The notes: generated by a model from the letters alone, not told the origin. Numbered from the stretch's first letter, positions 36,175 through 45,739 are shown. The stretch is 58,880 nt of DNA from Spirochaetales bacterium (GCA_028725265.1 JAQYSN010000039.1:1-58880); one strand, 5' to 3'. A program made the numbers and translations.

Positions 36175-38559
36175 ATGACTCTAGATGAAGTAAAAACAGG
36201 GCAAACAGTAAAAATTGAAAAATTGCAAGGTGCCGGTCCTACGCGACAGCATTTTTTGGATATGGGTGTTATTCCTGGCGGAGAAATATCTTTTGTAAAA
36301 TATGCACCTCTTGGTGACCCGATGGAATTCATGCTCCACGGCTATGAACTGACTTTGCGAAAATCTGATGCAAAAAAAATTACAGTTTCACCACTCGAAG
36401 AAAAACCCGTCGTTGAGGAAGTTAGACCCGATTCAAATCCAAAAAGTTCCTCATCCGAAGCTAGCAATAATTCTTCTTCTGGACCAATAAAAATTGAGCA
36501 TCCAGGTCTTGGTGAAGGCGGAAAATTTCATCAAAAAGAGGGTGAAAATCCTTTGCCGGAGGACACAGTTCTTACTTTTGCACTTGTAGGAAATCAGAAT
36601 TGTGGAAAAACGACTCTTTTCAACAAACTGACAGGCTCGAACCAGCACGTCGGAAATTTTCCGGGTGTTACCGTTGATCGAAAATCTGGACAGATAAAGC
36701 ATTATAAAAACACTCTTATTACTGACCTTCCGGGCATTTATTCAATGTCGCCATATTCAAGCGAGGAACTTATATCTCGTAATTTTGTGCTTGATGAAAA
36801 GCCTAAAGCTATTATTAACATCGTGGATGCAACAAATATAGAGCGAAATCTTTATCTTACGATGCAGCTTCTTGAACTGAATATTCCTATGGTTATTGCG
36901 CTTAACATGATGGATGAAGTAAGCAATAACGGCGGTTCAATTAACGTTAACATGATGGAACAAATTCTCGGAGTTCCTGTTGTTCCGATTTCGGCAAAAA
37001 AGAATCAGGGTATCGAAGAATTGATTTCGCATGCACTTCACGTTGCAAAATATCAGGAGCCACCTCTTAGGCAGGATTTTTGCGACAAAACCGAAAACGG
37101 AGGAGCTGTTCACAGGGCATTGCACAGTATTATTCATCTTATAGAAGATCATTGTGAAAATGCAGATATCCCGATGCGTTTTGCGGCAAGCAAAATCTGC
37201 GAAGGCGACAAGCTCATTCTCGAAAAACTCAACTTGGATAAAAACGAAGAGGAACTTCTTAAGCATATCATAAAGCAGATGGAAAGCGAGCGAAATCTTG
37301 AGCATGATGCCGCAATTGCTGATATGAGATATTCTTTTATTTATCGTCTTTGCATCCAAACGGTCAAAAAACCTCACGAAAGCAAAGAACGAACTCGAAG
37401 TCAAAAAATCGACAAAATTCTAACTGGAAAATGGACTGCCATACCGTCCTTCATTGCAATTATGGCCCTGACTTTCTTCTTGACTTTCAATGTAATCGGA
37501 GCAGGCCTTCAATACCTTTTGGAATTGGGAATCGACAAACTAACGTACTTGGTGGATATAGGACTTACGAAACTTGCCGTAAACGAAGTTCTTCACAGCC
37601 TGATAATAGACGGAATTTTTGCAGGTGTCGGAAGTGTAGTTTCTTTCCTTCCTATTATTGTAACGTTATTTCTTTTCCTTTCTCTGATGGAAGATTCAGG
37701 CTATATCGCGCGAGTTGCATTCTTTATGGACAAAATCCTTCGAAAAATCGGTCTTTCTGGAAGAAGTATTGTTCCGCTTCTTATAGGATTTGGCTGTACA
37801 GTGCCTGCCGTTATGGCAACAAGAACTCTCCCAAGTGAACGCGACAGGCGTATGACGATTTTGCTAACACCGTTTATGAGCTGTACTGCAAAATTGCCGA
37901 TTTACGCATTTTTCGTAAACGCATTTTTCCCAAAACACGGCGGTCTGATTATGACAGGCCTTTATATTCTGGGAATCGTCGTCGGAATTGGAGTTGCATT
38001 TTTGTACAAAGGTACTCTTTTCAAGGGCGAAGCTGTTCCTTTTGTTATGGAACTTCCTAACTACCGACTTCCGGGGCTTAAAAACACTGCAATGCTTTTG
38101 TGGGAAAAAGCAAAAGACTTTTTGCAAAGAGCGTTCACTGTGATTTTTGTGGCGACGATTGTTGTATGGTTTTTGCAGACTTTCAACTGGCATCTTCAGC
38201 TGGTTACTGACGCGGAAAATAGCATTCTGGCATCAATTGCAAAACTCATTTCCCCGATAATGAAACCGATTGGTCTTGGACAATGGCAGATTTCCGTCGC
38301 TCTTGTCAGCGGCTTTATTGCAAAAGAGAGTGTCGTTTCAACCCTCGGAATTTTGTTTCCGGGCGGAGTCGAAGGCTTTATTTCGAGCGCAAGTGCCGCA
38401 AGTCTTTTGGTTTTTAGCCTGCTTTACACGCCTTGTGTAGCTGCAATTGCATCGGTCAGAAGAGAAATGGGAAAACGCTGGGCTTTGTGCGTCGTCTTGT
38501 GGCAGTGTGCCCTCGCCTGGATTTGCGCTCTCGTTGTGCACCTATTATTCTTAATCTAG
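36175..38559 (+). CDS. feoB: ferrous iron transporter, FeoA-FeoB fusion
   Basis: 794 aa; N-terminal FeoA SH3-like domain (~70 aa), Ser-rich linker, G-domain GNQNCGKTTLFN, polytopic C-terminal part. Confidence 0.9.
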   Translation: MTLDEVKTGQTVKIEKLQGAGPTRQHFLDMGVIPGGEISFVKYAPLGDPMEFMLHGYELTLRKSDAKKITVSPLEEKPVVEEVRPDSNPKSSSSEASNNSSSGPIKIEHPGLGEGGKFHQKEGENPLPEDTVLTFALVGNQNCGKTTLFNKLTGSNQHVGNFPGVTVDRKSGQIKHYKNTLITDLPGIYSMSPYSSEELISRNFVLDEKPKAIINIVDATNIERNLYLTMQLLELNIPMVIALNMMDEVSNNGGSINVNMMEQILGVPVVPISAKKNQGIEELISHALHVAKYQEPPLRQDFCDKTENGGAVHRALHSIIHLIEDHCENADIPMRFAASKICEGDKLILEKLNLDKNEEELLKHIIKQMESERNLEHDAAIADMRYSFIYRLCIQTVKKPHESKERTRSQKIDKILTGKWTAIPSFIAIMALTFFLTFNVIGAGLQYLLELGIDKLTYLVDIGLTKLAVNEVLHSLIIDGIFAGVGSVVSFLPIIVTLFLFLSLMEDSGYIARVAFFMDKILRKIGLSGRSIVPLLIGFGCTVPAVMATRTLPSERDRRMTILLTPFMSCTAKLPIYAFFVNAFFPKHGGLIMTGLYILGIVVGIGVAFLYKGTLFKGEAVPFVMELPNYRLPGLKNTAMLLWEKAKDFLQRAFTVIFVATIVVWFLQTFNWHLQLVTDAENSILASIAKLISPIMKPIGLGQWQISVALVSGFIAKESVVSTLGILFPGGVEGFISSASAASLLVFSLLYTPCVAAIASVRREMGKRWALCVVLWQCALAWICALVVHLLFLI

Positions 38560-38569
38560 TCGATTCTGT

Positions 38570-38664
38570 GTCAAAATGACTCATTTATCTTGTGTCATTT
38601 TGGCGCATTTTGGCTCATAAGGTTATAAATAACCGCTCGCGTCGATTCGCTGAGTCAAAATGAC
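38570..38664. promoter_or_regulatory. three GTCA-N3-TGAC-type dyads (candidate enhancer/UAS) upstream of the sigma-54 promoter
   Basis: Dyads are GTCAAAATGAC at 38570-38580, GTCATTTTGGC at 38594-38604 and GTCAAAATGAC at 38654-38664. The first and third sit inside a ~25-nt direct repeat TCGATTC..TG.GTCAAAATGAC.CAT. Confidence 0.35.
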
Positions 38665-38919
38665 GCATCGAATTTTTTTTCACGCAAGAAATCTGAGTAT
38701 TTTCGTCTTGAATCGTTAAAAAACCTCTTAAAATCTTCAAAAACAAGCCGGTTGGGTAAAATCGGATAAAAATTTCGCCAGAAAATACGATAGAAAATAC
38801 GATTTTTTTACCCAAAATACCACGAAAATTCCAGATTTTTTGAAAAATCAAAACAAAATTTCCGAAAAACGCAAAAATAGCACGCAAATCTCTTCACATC
38901 TGCTCTCGATTTTACAACT

Positions 38920-38935
38920 TGGCACACTTTTTGCA
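38920..38935 (+). promoter_or_regulatory. sigma-54 (-24/-12) promoter TGGCAC-N5-TTGCA upstream of hsp20
   Basis: Exact consensus TGGCACactttTTGCA about 115 nt upstream of the ATG at 39050; rpoN is present in the same window. Confidence 0.7.
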
Positions 38936-39049
38936 TATAAATTAGTGTAAGTTGAGAGGTTCGGTGAACGAAAAACTTACAGAGCTTTCGTATGAAGGCC
39001 CAGATTAAATTTAATTCTACCGCTAGCCGGCATTTATAGGAGGTTCGTT

Positions 39050-39490
39050 ATGAACACATTATCATTCTTCAATCCAAGGTTTACATCAGATCTTTTCGAT
39101 GTAATCGACAGAAATTTTTCAGACATGGACAACTTCGGTTGCAGAACTTATGCACCAAAAGTTGACGTTCAGGCTACAAAAGAAAGCTACGAGCTTGAAA
39201 TGGAACTTCCTGGACTTACAGAAAAGGACGTAACAATCGATCTGAAAGACAGAGAAATTACCATTGCGTCCGTAGATGATGCAAAAGAAGAAAAGAAAGA
39301 AGCCAAAGAAGAAGTAAAAGCAACTTACCTTGTAAAAGAGAGAGTTGCAAGCCACTTCTCACGAAGCTTCACATTGCCTGACGACATCGATCCTGAAGGT
39401 GTCAATGCCAAATTCCAGAACGGATTGCTTACAATCACAATTCCGCGAAAGGCTGAAAGCAAGGCACGACGAATCGCAATCAGCGCCTAA
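39050..39490 (+). CDS. Hsp20/alpha-crystallin family small heat-shock protein
   Basis: 146 aa; alpha-crystallin core P.VDV.E....Y.L....PG......I.......L.I...... and GLLTITIPR. Confidence 0.9.
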   Translation: MNTLSFFNPRFTSDLFDVIDRNFSDMDNFGCRTYAPKVDVQATKESYELEMELPGLTEKDVTIDLKDREITIASVDDAKEEKKEAKEEVKATYLVKERVASHFSRSFTLPDDIDPEGVNAKFQNGLLTITIPRKAESKARRIAISA

Positions 39491-39562
39491 AGGTTAGTGC
39501 TTCCCACAGATAACCTTGTTGGCGGTCGCAAGACAGAGCACGGCCGCCACGAAAACCCCAAG

Positions 39563-39600
39563 TCGGCATGATGACTTCCTCCCATCGTGCCGATTTTTTT
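39563..39600 (+). terminator. Rho-independent terminator of hsp20
   Basis: TCGGCATGATG/CATCGTGCCGA stem followed by T8. Confidence 0.75.
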
Positions 39601-40007
39601 TACACAATCCAGACATTTGGTTCGTCATAGGCGGCAAATTTTTCATCATGTGTAATAAAATTCATTCCATCAGCTTTTGCCTGTGAAAGCAATACCCTAT
39701 CAAAGGGATCTTTATGTGCTTGCTGGTCTTTTTTTACTTCTAGACTTTCAAGTGCAACAATATGCCTATCATCAATTTCAAGTTTTTTAAAACCAGCCTG
39801 CTCACAATAATGCATAAATTCAGTCCCGGAGATATTCATTTTATCTGGATGTGCATTATGTTTTATAGCAACTTCCCACATCGAAATAATGCTATAATAT
39901 ATGACACTATTAGGATTATTTATAACTTTTTTCGTTTGAGAAGTAAGCCTTTCATCATCATTGAGAAGCCACAATAAAATATGAGTATCAAGTAAATATT
40001 CTATCAT
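39600..40007 (-). CDS. vapC: type II toxin, PIN-domain VapC family
   Basis: 135 aa; LLDTH..., WE..IK, DPFDR, THD acidic-residue pattern of PIN domains; 4-nt overlap with the upstream antitoxin gene. Confidence 0.85.
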   Translation of the reverse strand: MIEYLLDTHILLWLLNDDERLTSQTKKVINNPNSVIYYSIISMWEVAIKHNAHPDKMNISGTEFMHYCEQAGFKKLEIDDRHIVALESLEVKKDQQAHKDPFDRVLLSQAKADGMNFITHDEKFAAYDEPNVWIV

Positions 40008-40249
40008 TCGGCTTCTCCATAAAACATAGCTGCGATTTCATCATCCATAAAGTTAATATCATCTGGATAGATTAATTTTCCTTTTGCAATACCAATCCTT
40101 TTTGAAACATCAACTTGCGGAACAAGAACTATTTTTGCAACAGGTTTATTGCTCTTGCAGATAACGACTTCGTCCTCTTCGTGAGATTCGAGCATCGCAA
40201 GGATTTTTGAAAAATTCGTTTTCGCCTCAAGCACGTTCATTTGGCACAT
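40004..40249 (-). CDS. type II antitoxin, Phd/YefM family
   Basis: 81 aa (or 78 from MNVLEAK); N-terminal ..EAKTNFSKIL.....E.V.I.K..KPVA.IV pattern. Confidence 0.8.
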   Translation of the reverse strand: MCQMNVLEAKTNFSKILAMLESHEEDEVVICKSNKPVAKIVLVPQVDVSKRIGIAKGKLIYPDDINFMDDEIAAMFYGEAE

Positions 40250-40266
40250 ATCCTATTCTCCTTTAT

Positions 40267-40281
40267 TAGTCAAGTTGACTA
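40267..40281. promoter_or_regulatory. perfect palindrome TAGTCAAgTTGACTA, candidate TA operator
   Basis: 7-bp arms; on the minus strand it sits just downstream of a TAAAAT -10-like hexamer and upstream of the AGGAG of the antitoxin gene. Confidence 0.5.
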
Positions 40282-40322
40282 GATTTTAACACCGAAAAGA
40301 AAGCTATGTCAAGAAAAAAGAT

Positions 40323-40393
40323 TTTTTAAATTTTTTGCGGAAATTTTTATCAGATTTTGCATTTTTTTTACCATAATTAGGATGGAGGCAAAA
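40323..40393 (+). repeat. conserved 5' region shared by the two Rpn genes (copy 2)
   Basis: See 32802-32871. Confidence 0.7.
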
Positions 40394-41302
40394 ATGGCAA
40401 ACACAATTACACAGAACCGTCTTTATAAAGACAGGCTTTTCGTCACAATCTACGGGAAGGAAACCGAGCAAAGCAAAAAGTGGCGGCTCGATCTTTACAA
40501 TGCACTCAATGACTCGCACTACACCGACCCGGATGCGATTGAACTCACGACTATCGACAACATCATCTACATAACCATGCACAATGATGTTTCATTTCTC
40601 ATCGACAACCAGATGAACCTGTACGAGCAGCAATCGACTTACAATCCGAACCTACCACTCCGTGGAATGATGTACTTTGCTCAGTTGTACCAGATGTATC
40701 TTTCAAAGAGGGGGATTGATCTTTTCAGAACAAGCCTCATAAAAATTCCGACGCCGAAGTTCATCGTTTTTTATATCGGTGATATCGAGTGCCCTGACAT
40801 GGTCAAGCTGAAATTATCGGATGCGTTCTACCAAAAGGGTGCCGAGCATGAAGCGGGCGAGTTTGAGTGGACAGCTACAATGCTGAATATCAATATCGGG
40901 CACAACAATGAACTTCACAAGAAATGCAAATCGCTGTATGATTATTGTAAGTATGTCGATACGATAAAGCAGAACCTGAAGAAAATGTCCCGACAAGAGG
41001 CTATCGAGAATGCCGTCGATGAAGCAATAAAACAGAAACTGCTAGGTGATTTCTTCAAGAACCAGCGGATGGAGATAATGAATATGAGCCTTACAGAATT
41101 TGACCAGGAAGAATACGATAGAAACCGCAGAGAAGAAGGCCGCGAGCAAGGAAAAACCGAAGGTGCTCACGAAAAAGCCGTAGAATCTGCACGCAATCTG
41201 CTTTCAATGAACCTCGGTACCCCGAAACAAATCGCACAAGCAAATGGCCTTCCGCTAGAAGAAGTGCTAGAACTACAGAAAGAAATCATGGTAGGGAAGT
41301 AA
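40394..41302 (+). CDS. Rpn-family (TIGR01784) recombination-promoting nuclease / putative transposase, intact
   Basis: PD-(D/E)XK-like core IDNQMNLYEQQS and a C-terminal repeat-like tail. The ATG at 40394 has GGAGG 5 nt upstream (the ORF-track start at 40382 lies within the SD). Confidence 0.8.
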   Translation: MANTITQNRLYKDRLFVTIYGKETEQSKKWRLDLYNALNDSHYTDPDAIELTTIDNIIYITMHNDVSFLIDNQMNLYEQQSTYNPNLPLRGMMYFAQLYQMYLSKRGIDLFRTSLIKIPTPKFIVFYIGDIECPDMVKLKLSDAFYQKGAEHEAGEFEWTATMLNINIGHNNELHKKCKSLYDYCKYVDTIKQNLKKMSRQEAIENAVDEAIKQKLLGDFFKNQRMEIMNMSLTEFDQEEYDRNRREEGREQGKTEGAHEKAVESARNLLSMNLGTPKQIAQANGLPLEEVLELQKEIMVGK

Positions 41303-41320
41303 GATATAGAAAAGGAAAGA

Positions 41321-43603
41321 TTATTTCATGACTTCTTCAAGAAGCTGCCAGTCGCTACCATCAATATTATCACTGAAATGTTCTGTACAGATACACAATC
41401 GACCTTTTCGGTCTGTTCTGACAAAACCGCCTTTCAGGTTGTACTCGGTAAGGTAATTTTTTAGCACTTCAAATTTTCTTGGTGCAAAATCATCGATATT
41501 TTGACTCTGACCGCTTGATGAAAAACCGCCTTTCGTTTCGATTATCCAAGTTCCGTCTACAGTTCCCAAGACATAGTCGGGATAAAAAAGTCGCATTTTT
41601 CCACTTCCGTCTTTATAACAAACCGAGTAGAAATCAGTTCCTTTGTCTCCATTTTTGTAAAACCAAAGCACGAAGTCTGAGTTTTCGCAAAACTCTTCGA
41701 ATTTTCGCTCTGGCATTGAACGAACTTCAGCTGACTCTCGGTAATTGCTATAAACATTTTTACTGTAGATGTTCTGGGCTTTGTCTCTTCCGTCGTAAGT
41801 GAAAAGACAAACTTGCGGAATATGGAAATCCTTTTCGATGATTTCAGATGGATCGAATGTCAGAGTTGCCTGCGTAAGATTTCCAATTTCTGTGATTCCT
41901 TCATGAAAATCAGTTTTCAAAAGTGCTGCATTGTTGATAACGAAAGCATACAGTTCTCGCGTTCCAAGATTCAGAAGTGAATATTTTCGACTGGTAATCT
42001 TAGGATTTTTATAAAAAACTCTCCGGAAAACAGTATTCATTTTTTCGTATTTCAAGCTGACTTCCGTACTCAAAATACCAAGCTCATGATGAAACTGTCG
42101 GCCATGAGTATGCGTGCTAAGCGGAATCGAAAACTCTGAATCGTACATCTGATTCATTTTTCCTGCGTCGAGAGTTTCCGTGTACCCCATTTTTGCTGAA
42201 ACAACGATTTTGTCACTGAAAATGTAGCCGTTTTTAGCCAAAATTTTTTGATTTTCTTCAAAATTCTTTCCTGCTGTCAGATCGTACTTTTTTTCATAAT
42301 GATTTACGACGCTTTTCATCGTTTCTTCGGCATCATTTTCGTCGATTACATCCGGACGCTGCTGACTTTTGAGCGTGACATCCTTGTATTCGTCCTTCAA
42401 CTGAATGTAAGTTGCGTCCCAGGCACCGTGTTCAAGAAAAGCCTTTGCACCCTCGGTAAATTTGTTGTCCCAGGTGTAAAGATAGCAACTGTCCAGAGCA
42501 TTGTCGTCATAGTGGTGAGCGTTAGGCATACGTCTAATTCGCCCGAAAGTCTGAATTTCGAACTTTTCACCTTCGTGGTCGCGCAGTTTTACAAGAATAT
42601 GTGCACGCGGACAATCCCACCCAGTTGCAACCGCCATCTTGAATATTAACGCATCCTGTTCTGCATTGTTTGCTTCAATTCCTTCAAGATTTTCGTGACG
42701 ACTGAACTTGCTTTTTCCGTTTTCACTTAGCCAAATGCTGAGCTTTCCGTTTTCATAAGAAATATCGTGCTTCTCAAACCAAGCCTGGACTTCATCCAAC
42801 AATGAATCAGAAGAGTTCGGCATTTGAACCAGAATGAGCGGATTGATATTTTCGCCGTGCTCAAGGAATTTGCTGTGCAAAAGCCGTTGTTTTTCAAGCG
42901 CCTTATTCAAAAGATATGAAACCTGACTTTCTCCTTCCAGTTCCGTTATTTCATTGCTCAAAATCGTAATCGGAAAGCCTTCGTTTATAATCAGCATTTT
43001 CTTGATAAGCCCTTCTTCGATTACATCTTTTTCTGGAACTTCGATGAAGGCAACTTTTGGGTCGTTCTGATTATACCCGTTAGGAGTTGCACTTGTACGG
43101 ATAATCGGAAGTTTCGCGCCACCGTCTTTAAAATAATTGATTATCACTGCCGATTTTTTGCTGTCGTTCATATGGCTTTCATCGATAATGAGGATGAAAT
43201 TCAAACCTGAATCGTGGGCAGAACGAATATACTCGATAAAGTTTGTGTGCTCTCCGTCGCGAACGGCGATATTGTCGTTTTTGTTCAAAAGTTCCCAGTT
43301 GATAAAGCAGCAATCGTTTTCACAAAATCCGCTGGTCATTACATCGGAAAGAAGTTTTGTCTGTGCACCGTGAATGTACAAATCCATTTTCTTTTTGCTC
43401 TGCTCTTCAAGGTTACCTTTGCCCGGTGTGAACCAGATGAAAACCGTATTTGCATGGCACTTCAAATATTCGTCCATAAAGTGTGTGAGCATAATTGTCT
43501 TTCCGCTGCCTGTGCAGGATTTCAAGATGATTTCTTCCTTGCCGTTTTCGATTGCACTTTGAAGAAGTGAAATAGCATTGCGCTGAAAATTCATTAAATC
43601 CAT
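41321..43603 (-). CDS. res: Type III restriction enzyme Res subunit (SF2 helicase + PD-(D/E)XK nuclease)
   Basis: 760 aa; Walker A CTGSGKT, DESH box, C-terminal YPDY...IIETKG nuclease motif; 14 nt downstream of the mod gene. Confidence 0.85.
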   Translation of the reverse strand: MDLMNFQRNAISLLQSAIENGKEEIILKSCTGSGKTIMLTHFMDEYLKCHANTVFIWFTPGKGNLEEQSKKKMDLYIHGAQTKLLSDVMTSGFCENDCCFINWELLNKNDNIAVRDGEHTNFIEYIRSAHDSGLNFILIIDESHMNDSKKSAVIINYFKDGGAKLPIIRTSATPNGYNQNDPKVAFIEVPEKDVIEEGLIKKMLIINEGFPITILSNEITELEGESQVSYLLNKALEKQRLLHSKFLEHGENINPLILVQMPNSSDSLLDEVQAWFEKHDISYENGKLSIWLSENGKSKFSRHENLEGIEANNAEQDALIFKMAVATGWDCPRAHILVKLRDHEGEKFEIQTFGRIRRMPNAHHYDDNALDSCYLYTWDNKFTEGAKAFLEHGAWDATYIQLKDEYKDVTLKSQQRPDVIDENDAEETMKSVVNHYEKKYDLTAGKNFEENQKILAKNGYIFSDKIVVSAKMGYTETLDAGKMNQMYDSEFSIPLSTHTHGRQFHHELGILSTEVSLKYEKMNTVFRRVFYKNPKITSRKYSLLNLGTRELYAFVINNAALLKTDFHEGITEIGNLTQATLTFDPSEIIEKDFHIPQVCLFTYDGRDKAQNIYSKNVYSNYRESAEVRSMPERKFEEFCENSDFVLWFYKNGDKGTDFYSVCYKDGSGKMRLFYPDYVLGTVDGTWIIETKGGFSSSGQSQNIDDFAPRKFEVLKNYLTEYNLKGGFVRTDRKGRLCICTEHFSDNIDGSDWQLLEEVMK

Positions 43604-43617
43604 ATTTTCCTCCGATG

Positions 43618-45300
43618 CTACAGTGCCAGGTCGCGATAGTAATAGTCTGGAATTATATTCACGCTGATGTTGTGGGCCTTTAGAAGCCTTTCCTGATTTG
43701 AAGAAAGAAGAACATCATGCCCCAAATACAGCGACTTGACGGAATTGTTGTCTTGTAATGTTTTGATAAATTCTTCCATTTCATCATCATCAAGAATGAT
43801 TGCTATAGTTTTGTCCTTATCAAAATTTACGGCGTTTTCCAATTCCACCAATTCTCGCACATGCTCAAGCAGTTCGTCGGCATATTCGTAATACATTTTC
43901 TCGCTGATGGGAATGAAGTCGGTTTTGAAGTACTTGAGCGAACCAGAAAGGCCATCGGAATAAGTTGAACCGTCTTTGCGTTTTCCAGTGATTACGGTTT
44001 TTAACCGCTGATATGTGATGTCCCGGCAAATGTTGTTTTCATTGTTTGTGCAGAGGATGAACTTGCGGTGGCCGCCATCTTCCGCATTGAGTTTTAGAAC
44101 CGCATGGCCAGTTGTGCCAGAGCCAGCAAAGAAGTCGAGGATGGTTATATTCTTATCACTTACAGTTACATTCTTTAAAAGCTTAATAATAATTTCAAGA
44201 GGTTTAGGATTTAGAAAAACATCCTTTAAGCTAAAGATTTCGGTCAATACATTTGAACCGTCTCCAGTTTCAGCTACATCGTATATAATACTTCTGTCTT
44301 TTATTATTTTATTTTGCCCATTAAAGTATTCTTTTTCATATGGAATCCATTTACCATCTTTTTGTTCCCAATGAATTAATTTTTCTTGTTCAAGTTTTTT
44401 CATTTTATCTTTTCCTACGCGCCAACGTCCATCATTTCCATCTGGTGCAATAGGAAAGCAATCTGTTCCATCTGGAGCTGCTATAGAAAAATACATAGAT
44501 GGTCTATCTTCTCGTCGCGATGTATTTCCCCATTTTGCAAGTTTTGTAGTTTTGAAAAATCCTTTTTTGTCAGAGTGATTAAATTCTCTCTGAGAACGCT
44601 CTACAACTTCATCTTTCCAAAACATTTTATCCGTTTTTCTATAAACGCAAATGTATTCATGTTCAGTTGAAAAATAATCAACTGCTTGTCCTCCACCGAA
44701 TTTCTTTCTCCAAATATAATTACCTACGAAATTCTTTCCCCCAAATATTTCATCACAAAGCATTTTCAAACTTGCCTGCTCATTGTCGTCAATCGAAATG
44801 AAAATCACGCCTTTTTCACTCAGTAGATTTCTTGCAATCTCCAGTCTTTTTTCCATAAAGGAAAGCCACTTAGAATGTCGGAACTGGTCGTTTGAATCCA
44901 CATAATTATCATCGTAAATAAAATCCTTGTTTCCCGTATTGTATGGCGGATCAATGTAGATTACATCAATCTTGCCTCGGTGAGTTTTTTCAAGAAGTTT
45001 CAGACTGGCAAGATTGTCACCTTCAAGCAGAAAGTTTAATTCGCCACCATTATCTATAAATAAATCCTTTTCTTCGGTAAAAACAGGTGCGTTCTGCTCT
45101 AAAAGTTCATCAATTTTTTCGTGATGCTCTTCAAATACAAGTCCATATTTTTTGCCGTTCACTTCGCGAGTAAGTTCGCCCAAAAACTTGAGCAATTGCG
45201 AGGCATTTTTATCATTCGTATTCTGTTCGATAAAAGATTTGATTTCTGCAATTTCTGAAAGCAGTTTCTGCCGCTTTTCGCCTGAAATGTTTGTAGACAT
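43618..45300 (-). CDS. mod: Type III Mod DNA methyltransferase (N6/N4, beta-class)
   Basis: 560 aa; DPPYN (motif IV) precedes FFAGSGTT (motif I), the order typical of Type III Mod. Confidence 0.9.
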   Translation of the reverse strand: MSTNISGEKRQKLLSEIAEIKSFIEQNTNDKNASQLLKFLGELTREVNGKKYGLVFEEHHEKIDELLEQNAPVFTEEKDLFIDNGGELNFLLEGDNLASLKLLEKTHRGKIDVIYIDPPYNTGNKDFIYDDNYVDSNDQFRHSKWLSFMEKRLEIARNLLSEKGVIFISIDDNEQASLKMLCDEIFGGKNFVGNYIWRKKFGGGQAVDYFSTEHEYICVYRKTDKMFWKDEVVERSQREFNHSDKKGFFKTTKLAKWGNTSRREDRPSMYFSIAAPDGTDCFPIAPDGNDGRWRVGKDKMKKLEQEKLIHWEQKDGKWIPYEKEYFNGQNKIIKDRSIIYDVAETGDGSNVLTEIFSLKDVFLNPKPLEIIIKLLKNVTVSDKNITILDFFAGSGTTGHAVLKLNAEDGGHRKFILCTNNENNICRDITYQRLKTVITGKRKDGSTYSDGLSGSLKYFKTDFIPISEKMYYEYADELLEHVRELVELENAVNFDKDKTIAIILDDDEMEEFIKTLQDNNSVKSLYLGHDVLLSSNQERLLKAHNISVNIIPDYYYRDLAL

Positions 45301-45374
45301 GATTTCTCCGTACTTAGTAATAGTTCAAAACTGAAGTTAAAAACTTAATGTTACTAAATATATCACGAAATCAT

Positions 45375-45388
45375 CTTAGTTTCACTAA
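45375..45388. promoter_or_regulatory. short inverted repeat CTTAGTttcACTAA in the mod/XRE divergent region (candidate C-box-like operator)
   Basis: Read directly; related half-sites ACTTAGTAA (45311-45319) and TTACTAA (~45351) lie nearby. Confidence 0.3.
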
Positions 45389-45423
45389 AAATTTAAACTA
45401 TTTTCTTAATTAGACTTCTTTTT

Positions 45424-45720
45424 ATGGAAGATTATTTTGAAATTTTTAGAATGAATATGAAATATTACCGAGAACAAAAACAAATTTCTCAAAGTCAACT
45501 TGCAATCGGAGCAGATTGCACAAACGGTTTAATTGGACAAATTGAAGCTGGAACAACAAAGCCATCATTTGACAGAATCATAAACATCGCCACGGCTCTC
45601 GGCGTTCATCCTGCCGACCTTTTTCTTCGCAACGCATCGACAACGGTCGCAAACACGAAGGAAATCTTAAAAACAAAACTCCTTTCTCAAATTGAAGATT
45701 TTATCGAGAAAGAGTTATAA
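45424..45720 (+). CDS. XRE-family HTH transcriptional regulator (possible R-M controller protein)
   Basis: 98 aa; HTH_3 pattern ..ISQSQLA.....T.G.I.QIE.G...PS...I..IA.AL...P.DLF. Confidence 0.8.
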   Translation: MEDYFEIFRMNMKYYREQKQISQSQLAIGADCTNGLIGQIEAGTTKPSFDRIINIATALGVHPADLFLRNASTTVANTKEILKTKLLSQIEDFIEKEL

Positions 45721-45739
45721 AAGCCCTGCTTTTTTAATA

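Noticed and set aside
35933-36178. 81-aa ORF across the GC-rich patch and C9 tract
   Set aside because: It has no RBS, an Ala/Arg-rich low-complexity translation driven by GC content, and runs into the feoAB start region. It is better explained as non-coding.
38615-38887. 90-aa minus-strand ORF in the feoB-hsp20 intergenic region
   Set aside because: It is built from A/T-rich repeats (Phe/Ile/Lys-rich), has no RBS, and overlaps the candidate enhancer repeats.
38936-39049. Possible RNA thermometer in the hsp20 5' UTR (a TTCT stretch that could pair with the AGGAGG SD)
   Set aside because: Only a 4-nt, partly wobble complementarity is visible, with no ROSE or fourU-like extended hairpin I can fold by eye.
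43618-45300. Possible phase-variable simple sequence repeat in the Type III mod gene (phasevarion)
   Set aside because: I scanned the coding sequence by eye and found no tetra- or pentanucleotide repeat tract or long homopolymer.
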